From positions 42,052-106,051 of the forward strand of contig NW_005434517.1 of assembly GCF_000315625.1 (NCBI RefSeq): 64,000 bases of DNA, given 5' to 3'. Each line of letters opens with the position of its first letter. Position 1 is the stretch's first letter. Positions 13,212-25,199 of this stretch are shown piece by piece. A model generated the notes under the pieces. It saw only the letters and a program-made list of their open reading frames with translations, ran no database searches and was not told the origin of the DNA. The translations under genes and the position numbers were made by a program. The stretch comes from Guillardia theta CCMP2712 (Eukaryota > Protista > Cryptophyta).

Positions 13212-13536
13212 GGAATAAGCTTATCAGGGCGGAAAACAATCATCCGTTTCCTACTTCCTGCATACAACATTCCCTCATCATCTTCTTCTTCTTCCTCTCC
13301 TGCATGGTTCCTTGTCGCAACCCAACCACCTCCTCCCACTCCCCTCTCCTCCCTCGTTCCTCCTCGATCTCCTTTCATGGGATCCATTGTATTGGTTGTG
13401 CTCGAGAAGGGGTACTATACGGTCGGAGAGTAGGGTGGGGTGGGGACAGTTACTCTTTGTGGTCAAACATTTTACTCAAAATGATAACAAGCCCGCCTCA
13501 TTATATCAGCGAGGCGGACTTGATATATGTTCGTGA

Positions 13537-16014
13537 ATGAGGGGACGAGGGGCAATCGTATTAACGGCCGTCGGGGAGCGAAATGGGGAGCAGGAGAGAG
13601 GGAGAGGAGGAGAAGGTGAACGGATGCTGAGAGAGGAGAAGGAGGACGTTGAGGACTCAGATATGCTGAATGGTTCGAAAAGTTCCTTGCAGCCTGATGG
13701 CTCCATGAGTGTTGTCCATGCTGGCGGCGGCGTTTGAGGAGAGGAGAGCAGTCGTGCAAGTGGATAGTTTTCAAGGATAACTATCCTCCACTTTCCTGCA
13801 AGAAGCCATCCCAATGCTCGCCCAATCTCCTGGAGGAGGACGTAAAGGAGGATCCTCCCACTTGGAGTCCATGCACAAGCCTGTTGAGAAGGGGGGGAGC
13901 GTGCGGCAGGTGCTGGAGCATCGGGAAGAAGCTAAGCCTGTGATGAAGCATGGGGCTGACAAGAAGAGGCATGCTCAAGCGGATCACAAGCAGCAGCATC
14001 CAGTATGGCGCCCAGGAGGGTATGCTCTCGTTGGCGATATGTACAAGGACAACGGAAGGAAGGTACGATGGTCAGTCCTTGCTTCCTATGACCTGACCAT
14101 ATTCGCCTCAAGGTTGCTCGGGGCCCTTACTTTGGAGTCCCCCGGGACTACTGGAGGAGGGAGGAAGAGAACCTCTTGCCTTCTGCTGGGCCAGGCGCTC
14201 AAGCCTCCTCCCCGTTGATCCATCACAGGAGCGCAGTGAAGCCGCAGCAGGGAATCTACGGTTTGCACTCAGACAAGCAGCAGGTCTGGAAAGTGGAACA
14301 GAAGCGAGGAGGAAGAGGGGGCGAGGAACAGGAGCGAGGAGGAGAAAGGAATGGGAGAAGGAACGGAGGGGGGGGGAAGTGAGATTGAATGATTGTACAG
14401 GTGTGGGAGAGTGTCATACCAGCTAGAGCTGGACCATGGTCAGTGTTCAAGCAGAGGTATCATCTGCAGAACGGACCCAGCCGTCCCCTTCCTAAGGTTG
14501 TGATGGAATGCAAGGAAGAGATGATGAAAATATTGAGTGGCAAAATTAAGAAATGATGATGGCAGCTACATGATTATGATAGTGAAGCCGCTGCTGCTGC
14601 CTATGATGATGATGGTGATGATGATGATGATGCATTGGATGAGAATGACGACATGAAGGAGAACAACGATGGTGACGACGGTGATGATGATGGTGATGAT
14701 TTTTCTCAGGGGGTTGTCAAGGTTGGACCTGATTGTGTCGGTCCCATCGTCGAGTTCCGTGAGAGGAGGGCAGACATGCGAGATCATGCGAGAGGGCACG
14801 AGAGGATCGATGTGGACAGGGTGCAAGTGTATCCCCCATGGCCGATAGCCCAGGCCATGTGAGTCACCAGTGATAGCAACGATGTTGCGCTGTTGATCGT
14901 TATGGCAGAGAACAAGCATGGCAGGGACAAGAGAAGTTTGCGAAGAGGGGCGTGTATTTCGAGGATGACCTCAAGTTTGAGGACCAATCAAGGTCAGGGA
15001 TGAAATCGGCGCAGCAGATTTGAAACTCATCGCAAAATAGACCTCAGCAGGCGCCCTTGAATGCGAGGAGGAGAAAGATCATAGCGGATCTGTTCAGCAG
15101 GATTGGGCCAGGATCCGACGGCAAGCTAGAAGTCCAGGTGATGCCGTCGGCCGAAAGTTCAGCCACATTCTCATCGCTATGGTCTCAGGAACTTTTCAAG
15201 GCGATGAAGGTCGATAAATTCAGGAAGTTGTTTGACTACACGTCAAGGTCGGCTCCTCGTACTCCACCACAACCATTCTCTCCTCCTCCTCCTCCTCCTC
15301 CTCCTCCTCCTCCTCCTCCTCCTCCTCGTCTTGACTTTCAGCTCTTGCAGGCAGGGAACGAAGGTTGTGAGAGATGACGAACAGGAGCATCTTGTTGGTT
15401 TGTTTGTGTCGCTCCTCAAGCATGAGGTACTCTTCCTCCTCCTCCTCCTCCTCCTCCTCCTCCTCCTCCTCCTCCTCCTTCCTCCACCTCCACCTGCTTC
15501 TCCTCTTCCTCAATGTCTGCAGGCTAGAGACTTTCGGAACAACATGGCATTTCTTCCATCGAGCAAGGTCAGAAAGATTACTGCACATTGCCAAGCATGT
15601 TATCCTCCCCCTCCTCCTACTACTACTACTACTACCACTACTACTACTACTTGTCTTTTACCTCTTCCTCGTCATCTCCATCATCATCATCTCCATCATT
15701 ATCAACAACAATATGATCATCACTACATCAATCGCAATAGTTTTTTTCAAGTCGTATTGTCTTCTGCCCCACCATCACTCCCTCGCGCTCCATTTCTCTA
15801 CTGCTCGTCATTTTCGCATCAGGGAGGCGTCGGGTGGAGAAATTTGGCTCAGGCCGACGCCAAGATCACCAGCCAAGAGTTTGAACAGGTACGTCTGACC
15901 CCAGCTGAGAGCCCAGCAGGCTTTGACATTTCTCAGGTGATGGTAGCATTGGGCTGCCACATCTATGAAGATGAAGAGTTCAGGACGCTCACTCGCACAC
16001 TCTTTGAGGAATGA
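13537..16014 (+). CDS. Multi-exon protein with a calcyphosin-like EF-hand C-terminus, start uncertain
   Basis: LNARRRKIIADLFSRIGPGSDGKLEVQ...ADAKITSQEFEQ|VMVALGCHIYEDEEFRTLTRTLFEE* resembles the calcyphosin-like EF-hand pair and terminal helix. Confidence 0.6.
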
Positions 16015-16183
16015 CGGAGCGGCAAGAGGTCGGAGGTAGGCCAGAGGGGGATGTGCTGGGAAAGGAGAGCAGGAGGCAGGAAGGGGGAGAAGGAGAAGGA
16101 AGAGGAAGGGAGGGCACTGAAGCTAGGCGTGTTAGACATCCGTTGACTGATTTTCTTTCTCAGCTCATCCAGGAAGGGCTCGA

Positions 16184-19048
16184 TCACTCGCGCATGCTGG
16201 AGACTAGCAGGCAGGCGTTGACGCCGCCGAAGCCGAACGAGTTTGACAGGGCGACCTCTAGTCCTGTGACATGTCAGCAAGTCAGCTGGAGTAGGAGCTG
16301 GGTCCACCTGGGGCGTCTTGCACCGTCTGCTGGGCGATTCTCAGCTCGATCGGGATGTCAGTTGATCGCTGGTCGAGGTTGGCGGTTGGTGGGATCTTTT
16401 GGTGGTAGACAGCAAGAACTGAAGTTATCTTAGCACCACCTGCGCTACCAACTCCTCCTCCTCCTCCTCCTCCTCCTCCTCCTCCTCCTCCTCCTCCTCC
16501 TCCTCCTCCTCCTCCTCCTCCTCCTCCTCCTCCTCCTCCTTCTCTTCCTAATCTTCCCCACAATCAGCATAAATGGCCATCATGATCTCCCTCTCCCCCT
16601 CCCCTTCCCCCTCTCTCTTCCTCTACCTCTCAACCACTCCCACTCTCTTCCTCTGCCTCTTCCTCTTCCTCTTCCTCTTCCTGTTCCACCTGTCGCTGCT
16701 GCCTCCACTGCCCCAGCAGCGCCAAGCAGATGTCCGAGAGCTCCTTTGACGGACGTGAGCTGAAGGAAACTTCAGAATCATCCTCTGAACCCCAGCTGGA
16801 CGCAAACTTACGACGAGGTCGTTGCAACCCGCAAACGTCTTTGCGATTGCTCGAGCCTGAGGGGCAGCAGGTTGAGGATGAGGAAAGAGAGACAGGGGGG
16901 AGGAGGAAGTGGAGATGGTGGGAGAAGGGGAAGAGGAGGGAGAGTGAGACAGAAAGACAGAGGGAGGGAGAGAGGGAGCAGGAGAGATGTGGAGAATGGG
17001 GAAGGAGAAGAGATAAGGATGAAAGAAAAGACATCAGAGAAGGGGAAGGAAAAGAGACAGAGAGCACAAAGGGAAGAGAAAGAAATGAAGGAGGTTGAGG
17101 AAGGAGGAGGAGAGAATAAGAGGAATGGCGGGAGAGAGCAGATAAGGCGACAAAGGAGTTCAAAACCTCGCAAGCGTCTCCTACGGGGGTGGAGGTGGCA
17201 TGGCAGTTGATGTGGCCGACCTGTCAGTGGAGATTAAGAGGATGCAGAAGCTGCGCTGTCAGGTGAGGAGAGCAGAGGAGGAGGAAGAGGAGAAGAGAGT
17301 AGAGGACAGTTGTAAGGGTCAGGCGAGGAGGAGAGGAGGAAGCAGGAGGCAGGGAGGAAGGAAGAAAGAGAGGAAGAGGAGAAATAGAACGCAGGAGAGG
17401 ATGAGAAAGAAAAGAGGGGATGGAAAGGGGAGCAGGAGAAGACTTCACCTGTTGAGGGCTAACACCGCCCATGTCCATGGCAGCCTGAAGAGAAGAGGAA
17501 GTAACGGGAGGAACAGAATGAAAAGATGAGGGAGATCTGTCATGGGAGGAGGAGATGGAAAGGGAGAGAACTTGACGAGAACACACAAAAGAGGGAGAAG
17601 GAGAAAGCAGGAGAGGCGAGCAGGAGAGGCGAGCAGGAGAGGCGAGCAGGAGAGGAGAAGAGGAGAGGAGAAGAGGTTAAGGGCTGTGACAACAAGTCAG
17701 GGCAAGAACCTTCATGACCCTGGCAGCTCCTTCGCCATCTGATTGAAATCATTACGAAACCCACGAGACTGTCAAGTTACCTTCGGGAGGAGAAGTGATA
17801 TGATAGGCGTCGCCTCCAGAGCCCCAACCCCGAATCTTTTGAAAGCTCGGTCATGCTTTCTTCCTCTAGCTTCTTCTCTCTCCTCCTCTCTAACTCATCC
17901 TCCTCCTCTATCTCCTCCTCTTCTTTCCTCTCTAACTCATCCTCCTCCTCTATCTTCTCTTCTTCTCCTTGCCATTGCCATATCACTTAAACTTCCCTCA
18001 CCTCGGCATAAATCCTTGCTCCCCGGCTGTAAAAATTCAAACGAGTCAGCAGGAGGTAATGACAGGAGCAGATGGGAGGACGGAAAACATCCTCTGATGA
18101 AGAGCCAGTGAACCAGCCATGGATGCGATGTGCTTAGGAGCAGCAGAGGAGGAGGTAAGAGAAGAAGCACGCGGGGAAGGCGCAGGGAAAGGAAGCAAGA
18201 GGAGGAGGAGGAGGGACAGGCACCTTCTCGCCATCTCCAGCTCCTCAAGCACCAGCACGGCACTTCCCTCCCCCATCACAAAACCGCATCTGCTCTCCTC
18301 CCTCAGCCTCGTCCGCCAACGTCTCCCTCACCTCCTCGCGTCGAAGGGTCTAGAGGCAGAGCTCCTGCGCCATCGTCATCCCGTTGCTCCCAGCAGGTCT
18401 CAACCTCACGGGTCCTCGTTGAACTCGCATGCCAGGGACTTTGCGCGCGAGAAACCGGCGACGGCAAGAGGCTCCATGCAAGATTCCGTTCCTCCTGCAC
18501 CAACAGCACGCCGTCATGACCGCCAAACCTGCACCACCACTACCTCAACCACATCCACTACCTCCACTACCTCCACTACCTCAACCACATCCACTACCTC
18601 CACTACCTTCACTACCTCCAGCTCTTCCCCTCCTCCACCACCACCACCACCACCACCACCTCCTCCTCCTCCTCCTCCTCCTCCTCCTCCTCCTCCTCCA
18701 CCACCACCACCACCACCTCCTCCTCCTCCTCCTCCTCCTCCTCCTCCTCCTCCTCCTCCTCCTCCTCCTCCGGCTTTATCACCCTTTCCTCTCCCCCCCT
18801 TCTATTTCATCCTCCTCCCAGGTTCTGCCAATTCACCCTCCTCAAATTCACTTCGCATTCTATCGCTGCCGCCTTCTCCCTGTTCTCTTTTCTTCACCTT
18901 GGGAACGAAGAATGGCGAGAGCTTGCGAGGGCTGGTTGTGACTAACTATGAATATACGTCAAGGGGAAGAACCCAGTCACCAAATCCAACGTCATCTCAA
19001 TAATCTACAGCACAACACTTTGATCATCACTTTTTTCATCATCATCCT

Positions 19049-19082
<34 letters not shown>

Positions 19083-20315
19083 TAGGCATCTACCCTCATA
19101 CCTTTCCAGCTTCCACGATCTCCCCTAGAGCTCCAATACCGCTGCCAACACACACCGCAATCTTGGGTAACATGCTCTCTCCCCAGATGTCTTTCGGCTG
19201 CTCCATCCTATCAGTTGACAACTCCTCCGCTCCATCCCAACCTGCACAAACTGCCTGCTCCCCTCCTTTGCTGCGTCTCGCAGCGCCTCGTCAGCCTGAC
19301 ATGTCTCAGCTGCCGAGCTCGATGACTCGCTGCTGCTCACCGCTAGGATCGCAAGCTGAACGAAAGGAGCGTTGCGAGAGGCAGGATAGTCCGGCAGGGC
19401 TGCAGCACCAGCGCATGAGCTCACATACCCTGACCGAGGCATCAAGTGGAGTTGGACCTGAAGGGTTGAGCTCGTGTGGTAGCTCTCCTCGTGGTACCGC
19501 AGCAGCAACCTGCAAGACAAGTAAACAGAAGATATCAACTGAATGGATGTCCTCCTCCTCCCCCAGATCTTCGCTCACTCCCTCCCTCCCTCTCGCACTC
19601 GCTCGCTCACTCACTCACCTTGCAAGGTAAGTTGGCATACGCTTCCCCTGTGGACATGTCAGGAGCAGCTTGCAGTATGGCTGGTAACCTTCCAGCCTTC
19701 TGACTGCGCTCGTTCCTGAAGTGATTCCTTCCCAGCTGCCAGTAAGACTCAGGAGTCCACAACGGGGAGAAGAAGAGAAGAACAAGATGAGAGAATAAGA
19801 AGCGAAGGGAAGGGACGACACGACACGACACGACACGAGAGGCAAGGAGAGGAGAGGAGGCGAGGCGAGGCGAGGCGAGACGACACGACACCAGAGGGGA
19901 GGAGAGGAGAGGAGAGGGGAGGGGTGGAGACGAGACGAGACGACAGCAGCAGCTGAGGATAAGTGGCAACATGGGGATTGACAAATATTCATAGCATGGC
20001 ATACTCCAGAGATAGAAAATGCACACTCAATCGTTTCAGTCTGACAACCTGATCTTCGTTCCAACACCGAAGGGAGTTACCATCCCTATCCCAGTCACCA
20101 CAACCCTCCTTGATGTCCATCAGAGTCACTTGAAGCATGTAGCCTCTCCTAGTTCAACAACCTTCGTTGCCGAAAAGGAGGAGGAGAAGTAATACTGAGA
20201 GAGGAACTGGTGTAGCGTTCAGAAGGTCAGTACTCCCATCCTCTCCCTCAGCGCGCTCTTCTTACAAGCTCCTTGTTGCAGTGCATATGACACGGCGACA
20301 GTTTGAAGAGATCAT
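16184..20315 (-). CDS. OXSM: Mitochondrial 3-oxoacyl-ACP synthase (FabF/OXSM type), highly spliced; catalytic-Cys exon not found
   Basis: Spliced peptides MISSNCRRVICTATRSFSSL (mitochondrial-like presequence), RRVVVTGIGMVTPFG, VCVGSGIG, RKLSPFFVPK, GGTESCMEPLAVAGFSRAKSL, ASRPFDARR, FVMGEGSAVLVLEE, GDAYHITSP, HINCHATSTPVGD, SVKGALGHLLGAAGAVEA, ALSNSFGFGGVNACL. Confidence 0.92.
16453..16539. repeat. (CCT)n microsatellite in an intron
   Basis: Direct observation. Confidence 0.95.
18630..18771. repeat. (CCT/CCA)n microsatellite in a KAS intron
   Basis: Direct observation. Confidence 0.95.
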
Positions 20316-20680
20316 GATTGAATCGGGGAAATGGCAACAACCTGTCCTCAAACAAGATTACTTTCATGCGCTCTACCAACTCTATACAAAGCGTCCTCCT
20401 CACCCTTCTCTCCTCGTGCCTGCCCTCTGCCCCCCTTCTTCCTCTTGTGCTCAATCAGATCTTCTCCCTCCGCCATTCCTGCTCTTCTCCTCCCCTCCTT
20501 CATTTTGCGTCCCCCCTCCACCCCCCTCTTCACTCCCTCCCTTCCCCCTCGTACTGCCAGCATTTCCCTCTTTGTTGCGCCCGCTGGTGACAAGGTACTT
20601 GTGGGGTGGGTACTTTTGTATGCGAGGCAGGGGTAGACAACCGGTCAGGATCATGGTTTGATTTATGGGCGCAGTCGGAG

Positions 20681-22488
20681 ATGGCGGGGGAGGGAGAGGA
20701 GGAGGAGGAGGATGAGGGAGGGAGGGAAGAGACAAGATGGCAAGAGACCGATCGCTGGCTGTCCAAGCGCATGGCGAGCCTTGAAGAGACGAGAGGAGAC
20801 GACGACAAGGTGTTGCTGAAGGCAACCAATGGGGTCGGGACAGGTCAGTCGATCGAAAGTGTCGGTCTGACAACATGCTGCATGTCGATAATCTTTGCGT
20901 TGAAATTTCTTTGCGTTGAAGTTTTGTTCGTAGAAGCTCCTCCAAGAGCTGGGCGAAGCATGGATTGTTTACGTCATTCAGGCTCAAATCCTCGCCATGT
21001 CGTTGACAGGGAGGATCGGTATTGGGGAAAGCGTTGGCGGGGAAGGCTGGATGGGAAGGGAGGAAATAAGAGCAAGGCTGCTCAGAGGAGCCTCTAGCTC
21101 CCCAATACCTCGAGAGTGCTTCATGTGCGGATCAGAAAAGGTGAGCCAAGGCTGCCGTGCCAGTCCCGAAGAGCTCACGGTCAACAGCTCCATGCAGGGA
21201 TGGCGCAGCAGGGGGGGCTGTGGAGAGCGTTCCTGTGTGCGGACTGCTACCCGCACATGGTGATTTCATCATGGCAAGGAGTGTTTCGAGAGCTCGGCGA
21301 GGACAATGGGCTAGAAGTCCTCCTGCTCCGAGGCAGATGTCAGCTCGTACGCCTCTGCTAACTCAGTATGGCCAGTAACGCCCCGGCAGTGCTGTACTCG
21401 CGGTGGGTTCCGAGCTCAGGGAGGACAGGAAGCCAAGAGGCGCATCTTTTGTGCCGTCCACAAGTCACGGGGTATGATGGGCGGGCGTGAGAGAGGAGGA
21501 GGAGGTTTGAGCAAGGAAGCAGATGCTATGGACTACCGCAACCCCCGATGCTCCTCCTCCGGCTGTCAGGTGCCCCCACCAAGCTCCTCGCTCTCCTCCT
21601 TGTCAACTGAGACCGTGTGCTCCAGCGCGTGGCTTCCTGGGGCAGGTGGCAGGGGAGGAGGGAACGATGCCGTCTGCACAAGTAGCGCCCATAGCCCGAT
21701 AGTCGTGCTGCTCTAATGGCTTTCTAGAATTGACAAGGACGTTTACCTTCGCACTTACAACAAGTCGGATCCTCGTTCATGTACCCCCGCCTCCTCCTCC
21801 CTCCTTTCCTACCTGCTCACCAGCTGTGCAGATCCGAGGTGTAATGCAGTTGGAGGATGCAACAAGACGGCCTCGTGGGGCGACATCGACGGGGGGGGCC
21901 TGCGGACGGACAAGCCCAAGTACTGCAGCCTGCATAAGAGAGAAGGACAGATGTGAGTCTTGACAAGAGCGCGTGTCAAAGTCTCCTCACGCTATCACAG
22001 TGACATAAGACACGGACTCTGTCAAAATCCTTCGGGATGTACCACTCAGCCTGTCTTCGGGTGCCCCTCGGAGGTCCTCCTGGCTCTCTCCTCCCTCCTT
22101 CCTCGCTTTCCCTCCTCCCTCCTCCCTCCTCCCTCCTCCCTCCCTCCTGTCCTGCCTGCTTTGCTCGCTTGCTATTCCCGCCTCTCTTCTCCTCTCTTCC
22201 CTGCTTCACCCTCGCATGCCTCCCTCCATTCATCCATCGTTCTCCATCCAGCTGCCCTGTCTCGTTTCGCATCTTTCTAGCCTTTCCCTCTTCATAGTTG
22301 TCTCCACATTCCCTCCCGCCATCACTCTGTCTAGCCTTTCCCTCTTCATAGTTGTCTCCACATTCCCTCCCGCCATCATCTCGAACGCAACCATGTCACG
22401 TTTGACCCTCCAGTGCCTGCAGAGAATCCGTCGGTTCTGCAAGAAACACAGGCGAGCAGGCGATGTGAACCTGATGCGTCCGAAATGA
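20681..22488 (+). CDS. EsV-1-7-type cysteine-rich repeat protein, multi-exon
   Basis: Repeats of C...GC...(A/P).(F/W)G......(F/Y)C..H(K/R)..G..(D/N): IFCAVHKSRG, DYRNPRCSSSGC, CNAVGGCNKTASWG..PKYCSLHKREG, LCQNPSGCTTQPVFG, RRFCKKHRRAGDVNL. Confidence 0.75.
22276..22379. repeat. About 54-bp direct tandem duplication in an intron
   Basis: tctagcctttccctcttcatagttgtctccacattccctcccgccatca occurs twice. Confidence 0.9.
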
Positions 22489-22586
22489 GAAAAAGACCTC
22501 AAGAGGTTTTCAAAGGTGCAATGTAATTTGAATTCAGAATTTACAGTTAAGGGATGTTAAGTTTCTTGTGTCTGCTGCCCAAGGGA

Positions 22587-24366
22587 TCATGTTTTGTGCT
22601 TGTCTTCAGCATGGTCATGAGGGAGAAAGTGATTCCTCATCAGCTCCTCAAACTCATGGTAATCGATCATCCCGTTCTTGTCCAGGTCCGCCAGCTCCAT
22701 CATCGAGTCGATCTCCTCATCGCTCACCCCGATCTGAAGTTTCTGCAAGGCATGGTGGAGCTCCAAAGAGCTGATGTGCCCCGTACGTGCCTGGTCGAAG
22801 TAGTTGAACGTGTCCCTGAGATTCTTCGATAGCGCCTCGCTCCTGGCGCTGGGGGAGGGCCATGGCGGGCCCATCATAATGCAGAACTCGTCAAACTCGA
22901 CTGAGCCTGTCTTATCGATGTCGAACTTCTTGATCATGTCTTCGACCACCTCGTCCGAGAGGTTCGCTCCCAGGCCCTTGAAGGCGGACTGGATGTCCCG
23001 GATGTTGATGTGGCCGGTCTTAGTGTGGTCCAGGGTGTTGAACGCCTCCCGTAGCTCCTCTAGCCACTCTGGATCCGACTTGACCTGGTGCAGGATGTTC
23101 TGCTGCAGGGCCCTGTCAGGAGGAGGGGAGGCCAGCGGGCGGACGAGGTGGTTGAGGGCGCTGACGGTGATGAAAGCTCCTTTGAGCTTCCTGGCAACAT
23201 TCCAGATCTTGAGCTGCTTCTGCGTCTCTGCCAGGGTGACGCTGGAGAGTTGGCCCTTGAGGTACTTGGTAAGCCAAGGATGAGCCAAGCATTCGGTAGG
23301 GGTGTATCGCTGGTATCTGTTCACTTGCATCATGTGCTGAACCAGGTCCTGCCAAGGCCATCACAAGCTTTCAGGTCAGAACACAGGACGTGGAGATGAA
23401 CGAGGAAAGTGTTGGGATTTCTCTAGACTCGCGGTGCATGAACAACACGGATAAACAGATGCGGAGTGAAGGCAAGTGGGATGATGCTGCAGCAGCAGCA
23501 GGCAAACAGTGAAGAGCTAAAGCAGTGAAGAGCTCAACAATTCGTCACCTTTGCCTCTGTAGAGATCTTCTTCCAGTAGGCGTCAGGGAAACCATAGTTT
23601 CCCTTCACTATCCTCCTGACAAGGACCTGCAGAGGAACTCCTTGACCAAAAGGGGGACAACCGCACAGCAGAATGTACAAGATGACCCCAGCGCTCCACA
23701 CATCACACTCAAGGCCGTAGCCCCCAGCAGTGTGATCAGCAGAAATGACTTCTGGCGCAAGGTAGGACGGAGTTCCGCACACTGTCTTCATGATCGCGCC
23801 ATTTTCAAGGTCGACGATTGCGCCCAATCCGAAGTCAGCGATCTTGACCGGAGAGTCAGGGCTCTTGGAGGCATACAGGATATTCTCTGGCAGAGGGTTC
23901 AGCTCCTTTGCGGTTTCGCTGCACAAGAGTGATCGGCCCTCACCTGGTTTCAAGTCTCGGTGCGCAATACCGATGCTGTGAAGGTACTCGACCGCCCCGA
24001 TGATCTGGTAGAAGCAATGAGCTGCTTCTGCTTCACTGTAGTGATCTTTCTCCACGATCCTGTCGAAGAGCTCCCCGCCGCTGACGTATTCCATCACTAT
24101 GTAGATCTTGTTGTTGGATTCAAACATTTCATGGAATTCAATGCATTGGGGTGCTTGACTTTCCTCATGATGTCGATTTCTTTCCCGATATTCTCGTAGT
24201 CTTTCTTGCAGCACATCTTATTCAGAACCTTGACTGCAACGATATCACCCGTTTTCTTCTTCTTGGCTCGCTTCACCTTTGCGAATTTTCCTTCCCCGAT
24301 TGTTTCATAGATATCATAATCTTGCTTTATCTTTTCCCGCAAGAACCACAAGGACCAGAACCCCAT
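22587..24366 (-). CDS. Calcium-dependent (CDPK/CaMK-like) Ser/Thr kinase with four EF hands; 1-nt frameshift near 24147
   Basis: IGEGKFAKV, VAVK, HRDLKPEN, DFG, CGTPSYLAPE and DVWSAGVILYILLCG motifs; junction LKIWNVARKLKGAF; EF loops DHTKTGHINIRD, DIDKTGSVEFDE, DQARTGHISSLE, DLDKNGMIDYHE. Confidence 0.9.
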
Positions 24367-25199
24367 GGTCTTAGAGCTATGTGCCTGTTAAACTTCCTCA
24401 AAGTCTGATCTTGTACTTCTCTATTTCCCTTTAAAAGACAAGTCTGCCGAATTCTGCCTGCCAAATTCAGCAAAGTCAGCAAAGAGCACAGCGCCCAATT
24501 TAGCAACAGAGGGGAAGCAAAGACGAGACGAAGAGGATGGTAACAATGTATGGCATGGTTATCATCATTTCTTTTCAAGATTGTAGTAACAGCAGATTCA
24601 ATAACCATTCTTCTTATCTCCAAGCTAAAAGTACCACCAGTGGATCTGATCAGAACTGCTTAGCATCTACAATCTCATTCAAGTAATGTTTGTAGATCTC
24701 TCAAACATTTCTGTGATATTTGTACAAGATAAGAAACTTTCCATAGCATCACACACCTTCTCTTCCTCGCAAACATGCGCGTGCCTCATGATCTCTCTCC
24801 TCGCTCCAATCGTCTTCCCTTCTCTACCCGGCCGCCCCCTTGCATTTTTCTCACCAGAAGTAAAAAGATGACTTTTAAAAGGAGGCTAGGGGGAGTGGTA
24901 GGGTACTCGAACAAAATCGAATGACCACCGAAGAAGACTCAGACTACCCGGTACTTTCCTAGTAAAATGATGGGGTCGAGTGTCCAGGTGTACGCTGCTC
25001 TGTGAACCAGGGTGGTCATGGCCCCCTATTTACGATAACTATCTGCGACAGGGAGATGAGTAAACATTTGTACCTGGCTTCCCCTGAACAAATATAAAAG
25101 ATATTTTAAACTGTACCAGAGAGCAAATGACGGGTGCATACTGGTACAGTATTTAAGAAGACATTATTGGTTCCAGTCCGGATCGGAGTTTCAAGATTA

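Noticed and set aside
18119-19003. Poly-Pro/Thr plus-strand ORF, and similar poly-Leu/Ala/Ser ORFs at 15232, 41567, 43110 and 43207
   Set aside because: They read through intronic microsatellites or antisense to real genes.
24140-24155. Programmed -1 ribosomal frameshift in the kinase
   Set aside because: No XXXYYYZ slippery site or evident downstream structure; an error or null allele is simpler.
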